From: a virus
Taxonomy: Duplodnaviria; Caudoviricetes
Length of the DNA: 54,708 nucleotides
Virus record (IMG/VR): IMGVR_UViG_3300035670_000266
Span: 1 to 54,708 of that record
Strand: one strand, 5' to 3'
Positions 1-10,700 of this stretch are shown here, piece after piece (the first letter of the stretch is position 1; each line of letters starts with the position of its first letter). Below the pieces are notes generated by a model, which saw only the letters and a program-made list of their open reading frames with translations, was not told where the DNA came from and ran no database searches. The translations under genes were made by a program, and so were the position numbers.

Positions 1-17
1 ATATAGAATAGATTGTT

Positions 18-743
18 ATGTCTTCACCATTACCTACTTTGTCTGTGCCTACTTATGAGGTAGCACTACCATCAACAGGAAAGACAGTTAAATACAGACC
101 ATTCCTAGTAAAAGAAGAGAAGGTTTTACTTCTTGCTATGGAATCAGAAGATGAAAAGCAAATCGAATCTGCTGTTAGAGACATCTTAAAGAACTGTATT
201 CAGACTAGAGGATTCAAAGTTGAGAGCCTGGCATCTTTTGATCTCGAATACTTGTTCCTGAAGATTAGATCTGTATCAGCAGGATCAGAAGTCAAGATGA
301 AAGTGACCTGTCTTGATGACAACGAAACTCAGGTTACTGTTTCTATTGATCTTGATGAAGTTGAGGTAGAAAAACCAGAAGGTCATACTAATAAGATCAT
401 GGTTCAGGATGATGTTGGTATGGTCATGAAGTATCCTGGTATGGATCAGTTTATTCAAATTACTTTACTCAACAAAGATCTATCAACTACAGAAGAACTC
501 TTTACTTTGATTGCTAAGTGTGTTGATCAAATCTTTAGCGGAGAAGAAGTATGGGAAGCATCTGATCTGAAACCTCAATACATTATTGACTTTCTGGATC
601 AAATGACTCAAGAACAGTTTGAGAAAGTACAACAATTTTTTGAAACAATGCCTGTACTTAGACACAGTTTCAAGGTAATCAATCCGAATACTAATGTTGA
701 ATCGACATATACGTTGGAGGGTTTACAAAGTTTTTTCGGATAG
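18..743 (+). CDS. gp26: Baseplate hub assembly protein gp26 (T4-like)
   Basis: N-terminus LPTLSVPTYEVALPSTGKTVKYRPFLVKEEKVLL, FDLEYLFLKIRSVS and C-terminal LEGLQSFF are typical of T4-like gp26. Confidence 0.9.
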   Translation: MSSPLPTLSVPTYEVALPSTGKTVKYRPFLVKEEKVLLLAMESEDEKQIESAVRDILKNCIQTRGFKVESLASFDLEYLFLKIRSVSAGSEVKMKVTCLDDNETQVTVSIDLDEVEVEKPEGHTNKIMVQDDVGMVMKYPGMDQFIQITLLNKDLSTTEELFTLIAKCVDQIFSGEEVWEASDLKPQYIIDFLDQMTQEQFEKVQQFFETMPVLRHSFKVINPNTNVESTYTLEGLQSFFG

Positions 744-781
744 GGATGTTCTATAATAACCTTGAGAATTATTATAGAACA
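716..781 (+). promoter_or_regulatory. Putative -1 programmed ribosomal frameshift signal (gp26 to gp51)
   Basis: GGAGG at 716-720; in-frame heptamer T_TTT_TTC at 731-737; perfect 13-bp stem 747-759/769-781; the -1 frame runs into the ATG at 746. Confidence 0.75.
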
Positions 782-922
782 AATTTCTCCCTCATGCAGC
801 ACCATAAATATAGCTTGACAGAGGTCGAGAATATGATGCCCTGGGAGAGAACTGTTTACATCTCTCTGTTGAACCAATGGATTAAGGAACAAGAAGAACA
901 GAGGAAAGCAGCACAGAGATGA
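746..922 (+). CDS. gp51: gp51-like baseplate hub assembly catalyst (58 aa, not in ORF track); probably the -1 frame extension of gp26
   Basis: Translated by hand: MFYNNLENYYRTNFSLMQHHKYSLTEVENMMPWERTVYISLLNQWIKEQEEQRKAAQR; LMQHHKYSLTE.ENMMPWER motif of cyanophage gp51; ATGA overlap with next gene. Confidence 0.85.
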   Translation: MFYNNLENYYRTNFSLMQHHKYSLTEVENMMPWERTVYISLLNQWIKEQEEQRKAAQR

Positions 923-3900
923 TCCCTCAAAAGGCAATCAAAAAATTTAAAAACGATGCTCATCGAGAAATCGTTGCTGGGATTTTACTTGCCTATGGAT
1001 TCTTTCCTAGAACATCCGAGGGTATTGAAGAAGCAAAAAGATTTGTTGCTGGATTGACTGAATGGATTGCCCCATCTGATTTACCTAATTATTATAATGA
1101 GATTGAAAGTGATCTAATGACTGGCAGAGAAACTGCTGGCATTATGAATATTAGAATGATAATGCAGGAGTTTTATTTTGGCGGAGGTAATAAAGAATCG
1201 GAACAAGAAGAGATACCTGTTGAAGTAGAAATCGTTGAGGTTGAACAGAAGCAACCAGACGAACCTGTTGTTGTAACAATAGAAGCACCATTCGAAAATC
1301 CAGTATCACCTGGACTTCCACGTAGGATTAGATTACCACGTAGAAAGAATGTAATTAGAGTTCCTAGACAAAAGAAAAAAGATACTGCCGAGAGAATGGC
1401 AGATGCTTTTGATGCTAGGTTAGACGATCTTCTTGATACAATTAGAAATCCAGATCCAGGATCAGCTCCACCTAGAGTAAGAAAAAAGAAGCAAGTACTG
1501 GCAACTAAAGTTAAGAAAGTATCTGCTAAGTTTGAAAATATAGATCCATACAAAGCAAAAACATTTACTGGGTTTTTAGGATTAAAGGTAAAGAAAGCAT
1601 TTGGTAGAGCTGCCGAGGCAAGAAGGATTGCTAAGGAGCAAGGTGCTGAGGAACAAGGTAGGGGTTATTTTTTAAAGAAGGCACTAGGATTTGAGTTTGG
1701 TGGTGATAAGTTATCAAGAATAAAAGGAACATTTTCCAAGAGTCCTACTGCTGTAAATGATCCAGCTCTAAGTCCAGATCAAAGATTCCTTGCTGGCATT
1801 GCTTCTGATATTACACCACCTCCAGTAAAGCAGGGAGAACTATTCAACACCAAACAGTATGAAACTAAGACAGGTCTAACAAAATTCTTTGATGACAGTG
1901 TAAGTAGATTACAAAATTCATTTGCTAGAGTAGATAAGAAGTTTGCTGATCTTATTCAGATAAAGAGAAGTGTTTCTGATGATCGTAATCAATTACTAGG
2001 AATACAAAAGACTATTGATGGATTGAAGAATGCTTTAAGAAAAAATAATGATACTCAGTCTGATATTAATGACACAAAGACGAGACAACTAGAATTATTA
2101 TTTGATATAGCAGATGCTGAACAGACAGCAGCTGCTGAATCTGGATTGGAAAAAGGTGAAGACTTAAGTACAACAGTAAAATATCAAGATCCTTATGGAA
2201 AACTTAAATCTATAGCAGCAGGGGCCACTGGAGGTGGACTATTAGATGGATTACTTGATTTCTTAGACCTCAAAGATTTAAAAAATGTGAAAAATCTTGG
2301 TCGTGGTGCTTTGAATGTAGGAAAGAATATTGGTCGTGGTGCTTTAAATTTAGGAAGAAATGCTGTAAGTGGTGTGAAAGGGTTTGTTTCTGGTGGTGCT
2401 GCTACAGCAGCTGCTATAGTTGCGGGAACTGGACTTGCTGCTTCTGGTGTTGGAGAAGGCTTTTTTCAACTGACAAAAAAAGGCGGAATTGGTGAGCAAG
2501 TTAGAGACTCCCTTAAACAAATGGGAGAAAAAAGATCTAAGCAAGATCCTATAGGAGGAATGATATTAGGAGGACTTGGGAATCTTGCTGGAGTATCAAC
2601 CGAGGCAACTAAAACTACTGGTGTAGCACTCGATGCTATCGGTGCTCCTTTTAGATATGCTGTAGAAGCAATACGAAATCCTTTCTTAAACAAGGAAGAT
2701 AAAGAAAAGCAAGCAAATAATCTTGCTAAATTTGATTCCAGAATAAGAGAGTTCTCTCGTGGGTGGATGAACCAAATAGATTTTCTTAATGTTATTTCTG
2801 ATGAAAAGGGTGGTTTTGGAAACATTTATGGCAATGCCGAAGCACAATCTCAGATGATGGAAAAAATGTCTGAAGGTGGTGTAGTCAAGTTTGCTGAAGG
2901 TGGAACAGTTAAGGCAATGATTGGTGAAGCTGGTCCCGAAATGCTATTAAGAAATGGTCAAGATGGTGGACTCAATCCATATCAATCTCTAGCACCAATG
3001 ATCATTGCTACCAGGGAAATTACGAAACGAGTTGGTAACTGGGCAGATCCTATAGAAAATTATGTCAAGAAAATTACAGATCCGATTGCTAAACAAATGA
3101 GACTGTCAGTTGTTCCATTGTCCACTTCTTTGGGCAAAACTGAACCACCAAAAATTCAACAAGAAGATCCAAACAAAAAAGGTGGTATATTAGAATTCTT
3201 GAAAAATCTTTTTAAAGGAAAAGACGATAAGAAATCTAACTCTACTGGATCTGGAGGAACTACAGATCCAGGTCCAGGTCCAGCTTCTGGGGATTTTTGG
3301 TTATTGGCTGTAGCTTCTTTGTTTGAAAATTCTAATCCACAAGGAGCAGCAGATGTTGCTCAAGCAATATATAACAGACTTGCTTTACCTGGATGGGGGA
3401 AAACAATTAGAGATATTATTTTATCTCCAAATCAATTTCAACCAGTAAGACAATATGGTGGAGTTGGTCAATGGTCTAAAATTACTGATAGACAAACAGC
3501 TGTTGATTTTATAACTAAACACGGAAAGACAGAGGATCAATTAAACAAAGTAGTTTCTGCCTTACAAGATCCAGCGATGCAATCTAATGCCAGACAATTT
3601 GTTGGTGCTAGAGATAATTTTAGGGCAGATTCGTATGAGAGAACCGCTAATCATTTAGATGATTCGACAGAAGTTAGTCGTCATGGGCATACATTTGGAA
3701 TGGAAGCAGGGGGTGCTAATTATGGTGCTTTCAAAGCAGGTAAATTATCTGCTGGTGGTGTCCCTACGTTTGATTCATCAGGAACCTCAGATGCTCAACG
3801 TGCTCAATTACAAACACCACAACCACCTTCCCCCGCTAAGGCGTCAATGAAGTCTCCTATACAACCTCCATCCAGTAATTCTTTACAACCTCTAGCACTC

Positions 3901-4065
3901 CCAGCAGCACCAGCACCTGGCGGTGGAATATTTGTGATGCCAGGAGCAGCCCCAATGCCAGCAGCAGGAACTGGTTCACAAGCATTTTCATTTTTACCAC
4001 AGAGCAATAGACAACCAGAGTTATCACTTGAAAGTATTAGACAGCTGTCTCTTGGTAGACGATAA
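919..4065 (+). CDS. Tape-measure/hub-like virion protein with C-terminal SleB-like (Hydrolase_2) cell-wall hydrolase domain
   Basis: Position after gp26/gp51; coiled-coil and Gly/Ala-rich segments; FAEGG..GEAGPE motif; ENSNPQGAADVAQAIYNR...IILSPNQFQPV resembles SleB/CwlJ. Confidence 0.7.
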   Translation: MIPQKAIKKFKNDAHREIVAGILLAYGFFPRTSEGIEEAKRFVAGLTEWIAPSDLPNYYNEIESDLMTGRETAGIMNIRMIMQEFYFGGGNKESEQEEIPVEVEIVEVEQKQPDEPVVVTIEAPFENPVSPGLPRRIRLPRRKNVIRVPRQKKKDTAERMADAFDARLDDLLDTIRNPDPGSAPPRVRKKKQVLATKVKKVSAKFENIDPYKAKTFTGFLGLKVKKAFGRAAEARRIAKEQGAEEQGRGYFLKKALGFEFGGDKLSRIKGTFSKSPTAVNDPALSPDQRFLAGIASDITPPPVKQGELFNTKQYETKTGLTKFFDDSVSRLQNSFARVDKKFADLIQIKRSVSDDRNQLLGIQKTIDGLKNALRKNNDTQSDINDTKTRQLELLFDIADAEQTAAAESGLEKGEDLSTTVKYQDPYGKLKSIAAGATGGGLLDGLLDFLDLKDLKNVKNLGRGALNVGKNIGRGALNLGRNAVSGVKGFVSGGAATAAAIVAGTGLAASGVGEGFFQLTKKGGIGEQVRDSLKQMGEKRSKQDPIGGMILGGLGNLAGVSTEATKTTGVALDAIGAPFRYAVEAIRNPFLNKEDKEKQANNLAKFDSRIREFSRGWMNQIDFLNVISDEKGGFGNIYGNAEAQSQMMEKMSEGGVVKFAEGGTVKAMIGEAGPEMLLRNGQDGGLNPYQSLAPMIIATREITKRVGNWADPIENYVKKITDPIAKQMRLSVVPLSTSLGKTEPPKIQQEDPNKKGGILEFLKNLFKGKDDKKSNSTGSGGTTDPGPGPASGDFWLLAVASLFENSNPQGAADVAQAIYNRLALPGWGKTIRDIILSPNQFQPVRQYGGVGQWSKITDRQTAVDFITKHGKTEDQLNKVVSALQDPAMQSNARQFVGARDNFRADSYERTANHLDDSTEVSRHGHTFGMEAGGANYGAFKAGKLSAGGVPTFDSSGTSDAQRAQLQTPQPPSPAKASMKSPIQPPSSNSLQPLALPAAPAPGGGIFVMPGAAPMPAAGTGSQAFSFLPQSNRQPELSLESIRQLSLGRR
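2290..2355 (+). repeat. Tandem 33-nt (11-aa) repeat, KN(L/I)GRGALN(V/L)G x2
   Basis: aaaaatcttggtcgtggtgctttgaatgtagga followed by aagaatattggtcgtggtgctttaaatttagga. Confidence 0.85.
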
Positions 4066-4068
4066 ATA
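4061..4068 (+). promoter_or_regulatory. T4-type late promoter (GATAAATA)
   Basis: TAAATA core 25 nt upstream of ATG 4094. Confidence 0.6.
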
Positions 4069-4093
4069 TTCACGGGATAAAGTATCTTTATAA

Positions 4094-6328
4094 ATGGCAC
4101 ACGGGTTTGTATCATATTCAAAACCAAAGTACGGTAATTTATCAGGATACATAGCCGATAAAATTAAATCTGCTGCGGGAATGGCGGCAGAAGAAAGAAA
4201 GGCAAGAGACGAAGAAATAAAATCATTACAGAAGAAAGAAGAATTAACAGATGAAGAACAAGAAAGATTAGATTTTCTTACAGAACAACAGGGTGGAAGA
4301 AAAGGATCTTTCTTCGGTAAAGCATTAGCAGCAGAGTTTGGTGGCGATAGAGCAAGAAGATTAAAGGGAACTTTTTCTAAAGATCCTTCCAAAGAAAATG
4401 ATCCAGCACTATCAAAGGGCGAAAGATTTAGTGCTCTTCTAGATAAACCAGATGCTCCAGCAGAAGAACCAGTAAAACCAGAGACGCCTTATACTCAGTT
4501 GTCTTTACCTGGCATGGGTGCTGAACCAGAATCTGGAGACATCAAAGAATCTTTAAGCAAAATATTTTCTACGATATTAAAATCGTATGATACTATTGCC
4601 GATAGAGTTTCGGCGGTTGGATCTGCCGAGCGAGAAAATGTATCAAAGTCTGATAAAAGAAATAATTTTCTAGCATCTATATCTTCTGGATTGGCATCTT
4701 TTAAAGATTATTTTTCTACTGATAATAAGTTAAAAGAAAAGGAATTAGATACTGAAGTAAAACAATTAGAGTTCGCTATTGATCAGCAAGAAAATGCTGA
4801 ATCAATAGCAAATGAATCTAAGTTAGAAGCTGGTCAAGATCTTAGTACCACTGTTGGATATGAAGATCCATATGCTAAGAAAGAAAAAGAAGGCGATGAT
4901 GGCGGTGGTATCTTAGGTTCTATTGGTAATCTATTAAAAAATTTCCTTCCTAAAGGTGGAAAAGTACCAGGCAAAGGTGGTGGTAAGTTTGGTGCTCTTA
5001 AAAATATAGCGGGATCTTTTGGTAAGGGAGGAATGTCTCCCACAAAGATGTCAGAAGGAGGAGTTATATCTCCTGTAAAAAAAGAAGCACCAAAGAAAGT
5101 AGAAGCAGCAAATAATATTAAGAAACTTTCTAAAGGTGGCATTGTTCCTTCACCAAAAGCAAAGCCAGAGAAAACAAAAATGGCTGCTGGTGGAATAGTT
5201 GACAATCCAACAGTAACGAATTTAAATCCTGGTGATGCTGTTGTTCCTTTGAATAGAAACAATGCCATGGGTAAGATGTTCCAGTCTGCTGGATCATCTG
5301 CTAGTAGAGTAATGGCAGATCCGCTAGCAAAGGTTATGCAACTTCCATCTCAAGTTGGTGGTGGATTGATGATGGGATTATTGTCTCAAGGCATGGAAAA
5401 ACTTGGCGGTATTGCCAACTTTTTCAAACCAGCAATCATGAAGATTGCTACTCCGTTAGCACAGATGTTTGGACTGCCAGCAACTATCATCTCATCCTTC
5501 TTTGGTGGCCCAGCAGCAGCTGCTACTATGGACTTCGATCCAAGCAAGTACATGGGCACTGGTGGCGACTCTACTGCCCCTGGCGGCGCTGCTCCTTCGT
5601 CCCCAGCCCCTCCCCCTGGTGGGTCTGGTGGGGTTGGTCCTGGAATGACTGCTAGTGGAGGTTCAAAAGCATCTGGAAACATCACTTCTGGGTTTGGTAA
5701 CAGATCATCACCTGGAGGTATTGGATCTACTAATCATGGTGGTATTGATATTGCTGGTGGTGCTTGGGTACAAGGAGCTCCTGTTTCTGTAATTAAACCT
5801 GGAACTGTCGAAGAGACTGGAGATCTTGGTAAAAGTGGTTGGGGTAAGTATGTTGTGGTTAAACATGATGATAAAACTCATTCTTTATATGGTCACTTAA
5901 GTCAGATTAATGTAAAGAAAGGAGACAAAATAGAAAATAAAGCTGGTGCTGCCAGAGTTATTGGAAAAATTGGAAGCACGGGAGCATCTACTGGACCACA
6001 TTTACACTTTGAATTGGGTAGTGGGTGGAATGGAACTATCACGGGCAAAATGGATCCTGCTCCATATGTTGATAATTATATTAGAGGTGGCGGCAATGTT
6101 ATGATTGACGCTCCAGTAATGGCAGCTGGTGCTCAACCAGCACCAGCAGGAACACCAGTACAACCTAATAGACCTCCAGCACGAGCAGCAAAACCTGCTT
6201 TTGCTGGACTGACACTGCCATCAGCACAACCACCACAGCAACAAGCAGCTGCTCCTATGGGTCTTAATGCTGCCTTTGGATTAACCAATCCAACTGGAAT
6301 CTATAACAACTATTACAATGGATGGTAA
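4094..6328 (+). CDS. Virion protein paralogous to 919..4065, with C-terminal M23 metallopeptidase
   Basis: M23 motifs HGGID, YGHL and GSTGASTGPHLHFE; shared blocks EFGGD..R.KGTFSK.P...NDPALS and DLSTTV.Y.DPY. Confidence 0.85.
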   Translation: MAHGFVSYSKPKYGNLSGYIADKIKSAAGMAAEERKARDEEIKSLQKKEELTDEEQERLDFLTEQQGGRKGSFFGKALAAEFGGDRARRLKGTFSKDPSKENDPALSKGERFSALLDKPDAPAEEPVKPETPYTQLSLPGMGAEPESGDIKESLSKIFSTILKSYDTIADRVSAVGSAERENVSKSDKRNNFLASISSGLASFKDYFSTDNKLKEKELDTEVKQLEFAIDQQENAESIANESKLEAGQDLSTTVGYEDPYAKKEKEGDDGGGILGSIGNLLKNFLPKGGKVPGKGGGKFGALKNIAGSFGKGGMSPTKMSEGGVISPVKKEAPKKVEAANNIKKLSKGGIVPSPKAKPEKTKMAAGGIVDNPTVTNLNPGDAVVPLNRNNAMGKMFQSAGSSASRVMADPLAKVMQLPSQVGGGLMMGLLSQGMEKLGGIANFFKPAIMKIATPLAQMFGLPATIISSFFGGPAAAATMDFDPSKYMGTGGDSTAPGGAAPSSPAPPPGGSGGVGPGMTASGGSKASGNITSGFGNRSSPGGIGSTNHGGIDIAGGAWVQGAPVSVIKPGTVEETGDLGKSGWGKYVVVKHDDKTHSLYGHLSQINVKKGDKIENKAGAARVIGKIGSTGASTGPHLHFELGSGWNGTITGKMDPAPYVDNYIRGGGNVMIDAPVMAAGAQPAPAGTPVQPNRPPARAAKPAFAGLTLPSAQPPQQQAAAPMGLNAAFGLTNPTGIYNNYYNGW

Positions 6329-6334
6329 CTAGTA

Positions 6335-7732
6335 ATGGCAACTAATAAACAAAGTTTAAAAGCAATTGAAATAAAAGAGATGATCGTCTATGATGTAGAC
6401 GGTGATCCTCATAACTTAACTAAAGTTGTCACTGGATTTTTTTATTATGAAAATATTTTTCAACCATTTGTATCTGGAGTTGCAAACATAGCGGATTCTG
6501 GTAATAACTTTATTGGAACTCTACCAATACAAGGTGGGGAAAGAGTATTCATTAAGATTAAAGATGCTTTCGAGGACACCCATGAGTATGAGATGTACAT
6601 TTGGAAAGTATACAATAGAACTTTCACTAAGAATCTACAGACATATAATTTAGCATTGATATCTAGAGAAGCATTATATAATGAAGGTGTTAGATTAACC
6701 GAGATACTCAAAGGAACACCAGACAATATTACTAAAAAAATTCTAAAGGATTATCTAAACACTGGCAAAGAAATTATTACAGAAACTAGCAAGTATCAAG
6801 TAGTCTTCTATCCTAACGGTAAGAAAGCACATAGTATTATACAATCGTTAGCACAAAAAGCAGTTCCTTCCGTATCATCTTCAGCAAAAGGTGATGCTGG
6901 TAAAACAACACAGGGGGGAAAGACTGGTTTATCTGGCGACACCAAGAAAGCATCTGGTACAGCTGGGTATCTTTTCTTTGAAAACAAAGATGGATTTAAT
7001 TTTAAATCTATAGATTATTACTATAGTACGGGAGATGATAAATTTGGTGGTGACCAAGAAGTAGCGGAATACTCTGCTCGCCCAGCAAATCCAGATAATA
7101 GATTTACTATTGAAGAGTATAAATTCTCAAATGAAATTGACATCTTAGAACAGATGAGAAGTGGTGCTTATGCTAGTCACTTAGTTCTTTATAACTATTC
7201 GACAGGTTTTTATGAAGAGTATAGATTTAATTTAAAAGAAAACTTTGATAGCATGGCTCACTTGGGAAGTCAATCTAAACTAGGATCAATGCAAGAAACA
7301 TTATCGGTAAATCCTAGTAGAGTTATGTCTATCATTTTAGACCATGAAACGTTTCATGATGATAAAGCTCCTGGATCTCCAGATGAACGAGATAATGCTG
7401 ACGGCAAAGGGGCAGACTTTCCAGACTATCAAAAGCATTGGTTAGCACAAAGCATTGCTCGTAGATACTTCATGGAAAATCAGAAGATGGAAATTACTAT
7501 TCCAGGTAACATGAATTTAAAAGTTGGAGATAAAATTAAAGTGATGCTACCCAATATGGCGGCAGAAACTATAAGAAAAGAAGAAAAATATGATAGAGAA
7601 AACAGCGGAACGTATTTGATTTCCGCTCTATCACATAACAATGTCTTCCTAAATAGTAGCACATGTACAACCAAGTTAGAATTGATAAGAGATATTTACG
7701 GAATGAAGGATTATACTAGCAACGTAAAGTGA
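6335..7732 (+). CDS. Baseplate hub protein (gp27-like / Mu gp44-like)
   Basis: LPIQGGERV, GYLFFENKDGFNFKSID, ITIPGNMNLKVGDKI, SGTYLISALSH; directly upstream of gp5. Confidence 0.7.
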   Translation: MATNKQSLKAIEIKEMIVYDVDGDPHNLTKVVTGFFYYENIFQPFVSGVANIADSGNNFIGTLPIQGGERVFIKIKDAFEDTHEYEMYIWKVYNRTFTKNLQTYNLALISREALYNEGVRLTEILKGTPDNITKKILKDYLNTGKEIITETSKYQVVFYPNGKKAHSIIQSLAQKAVPSVSSSAKGDAGKTTQGGKTGLSGDTKKASGTAGYLFFENKDGFNFKSIDYYYSTGDDKFGGDQEVAEYSARPANPDNRFTIEEYKFSNEIDILEQMRSGAYASHLVLYNYSTGFYEEYRFNLKENFDSMAHLGSQSKLGSMQETLSVNPSRVMSIILDHETFHDDKAPGSPDERDNADGKGADFPDYQKHWLAQSIARRYFMENQKMEITIPGNMNLKVGDKIKVMLPNMAAETIRKEEKYDRENSGTYLISALSHNNVFLNSSTCTTKLELIRDIYGMKDYTSNVK

Positions 7733-7733
7733 T

Positions 7734-10700
7734 ATGGATCCAGCACTATCTTCGCTATTTCCGATACACCAGATTGGTTCTGATGGTTTCTCTTGGTGGA
7801 TAGGACAAGTAGAATCAGAAAAATCTACAGACCCAAAATATTCTGGCAGGTATAGAGTACGTGTTGTTGGCACACACCTGAAAGATTGTGATGCCACACC
7901 AACAGAACAATTACCATGGGCCCAGGTAATGATGCCTGTCACCACACCATTTAGTGATGGTGGTGTTACTGGTGCCACAGTAGATCTTAGACAAGGCAAT
8001 TGGGTTGTTGGATTTTATTTAGATAATGATAGACAGAAACCAATCATCATGGGATCGATTGGGCATACTGCTGGTGCTACAAAGAAGTCTAACGTTGACG
8101 GTGCTGATCCAAATCCTGGTGGAACATGTAAATCATTCACAACATTTCTTAGAGATGATGTGAATCCAAATCTCCATAAGCCTATGGCTTCTAGTGAGAA
8201 AAGAAATGGAGATCAACCAGCAGCATCAACTACAGCAGAAGACACTGGGGTCACATCCCCTGGAGAGGCAGGACAAATCGCTGCTGCTGTTCCTGGTCAG
8301 ATGCCAGCAGCATTTTATGGATTGTTTGCCGAGGCATCTACAACTAACCCAACAGGTAATAAAGTCTGTGTGGAGATTGCTAATCCTAATTGTGGATCTG
8401 AAAATGATCTAAAGGGTGGACTAACAAATATTATTGGAGAGATGCTAAAAGCAACTCAACAATCTGGTGGCAACATAGGAACATTTTATGTTAGCAAAAT
8501 CAATGGAGAACTGAACAGTTACATTGATCATGGAATGGAGTATGTAAACAAAGCTGTTAGACTTGTTAGGAGTTTTGTTTCTAGAGTTAAGGGGGAGATT
8601 GTAAAACTTATTAGGCAAGGTGTTGATAAACTGGTTGATCTAATTTTATTTGAAGAAGTAGCAGCAACTGATGAATTAGGAAATACAAACACTGGTCCTG
8701 TTGCTCCAGATCTAGGAGTTGAACCATTCAAACCAATCACCAAAAAACAAAGTAGATTAAAGACAATTATTGATACTGTCAACGACGTGTTGGATGATCT
8801 TGGTTGTTCTATGGCAGATCTAACAGATAGATTAGCACAGTGGTTGACTGATCTTTTATTGGGATTCTTGATGGATGCCTATTCAAATGCTGCTTGTCTT
8901 GTGGACACTATTGTTAATGGTATCCTAAATCAAATACTTGCTTTCCTAGAAGAACTAATCTCTACAGTTCTTGGTCCCTTACAACAAATTCTATCTCTCA
9001 TAGCATCGCCATTAGATATGATTGGTAATGCTATAGCAACTGTGTTAAATCTTTTGGGTATATCTTGTGATGGTCCAAACTCCCAATGTGAAAAGACAAC
9101 TAAAGAGTGTACTGATTGTGGATCGGGTGAGACTGAGGACTGGTTGGACAGTTTAATTAAACAACTAGAAGACGGCAATCTAGATAGTTCTTCTTACGTT
9201 TGTGATGAGGCAAAGAATACAACAGCTTTAGATTCTTTACCACCAACTGATATTATTTTCGTCGGAGGAACTTTCCCACCTGGAGAAGAAGATCCAGTAG
9301 AAAATACTATCCCAACAGATATCTTTATTAGATACAAGTCTACTGATATTGAAGTAACTGAAGGAGAAAAAGCAAAATTTGTTATCGAAAGATCTGGCAA
9401 TATTACAACAGCATCTAGTCTAACGGTTACTATTCTTGGTGGTACTGCTACTCAAGGTGTTGACTACGATAAAATTTACACAGGAAGTTCTATTGGTTTT
9501 GCTCCTGGAGCTTCCAAAAAAGAAATTACATTTGAAACATACAAAGATAGTGTATCCGAAGGACCAGAAACATTCTATATCAAAATAGAACCAAACTTTA
9601 CTCCAGATGGATTGTATCCAACATTCCCAGGCGGAAATGTTTATAAGTGTACGATCAATGACTTTGATCCACAAAAAACTATCGGAGTTCCATTTGATTT
9701 GCCACCAGGAACACCATACATTCCACCAGCACTAAAAGGTGTTGACGATATTGTACCTGGAGAACCACTTAAAAAGTTTACTCCATTACTACCAACATTT
9801 GAGGTCACTACTGATAAACAATATTATAAAGAGGGAGAAACAATAACATATACTATCACAACTGCCAACGTTACTAATCTTGGTCCATATACTTACACCT
9901 TAGAAGGAGATATTATAGCAAATGATATTGTTGGTGGTAACTTAACTGGAAACTTTACACTAGATGCTACAGGTCAAGCTACAGTTACTGTTGGTCTTGT
10001 TGTAAATACAGACAGTCCTTCCTTCGAAGTTACTTCTATTGATGAAGATGGAAATGTGACTACAGAAACTGTGACTCCAGTTGATGGTATCGAGAGCATT
10101 ACATTCTTTATAGAAGATACTCCTGCTTATGCTACAGCTTTCATTCTTGGTGATGATGATCCTCTTGCTACAGAAGCAACATGGTTTGTTTCTAGTGATC
10201 TAGGATATGTTTCAGAAGGAGAAACAGTTACGTTTACTGTATCTACAGTTAACGTTCCTGATGGAACTAATTTTACCTATAAGATAGTTGGTGATAACAT
10301 TACCAAAGATGACATTGTTGGTTATAGATTAAAATCTAGTGTAGATTTTGATGGAAACCCATTACAAATAGTTAATGGTAAGTGTACTATTCCTATTCAG
10401 ATTGCTGCCGATGTATCCATAGAAGAATCCGAGAACTTTGATTTTATTATTGAGTCATATGTAGATGAAGATGGTGTTATTCAATTAGTAGATGATGTAA
10501 GTACAAATGTTATTATTCTAGGAGATTCTACCACAGTTATCACGCCTACACAAGTAACACCAGCATTCTTTGTCAGTGCTGACAAACTTGTGTACAAAGA
10601 AGGAGAAACAGCAATCTTCACAATTACATCTACTAATGTAATCGATGGGACAGTTCTTCAGTATGGATTGTATGGAGATAATTTAACCAACGAAGACTTT

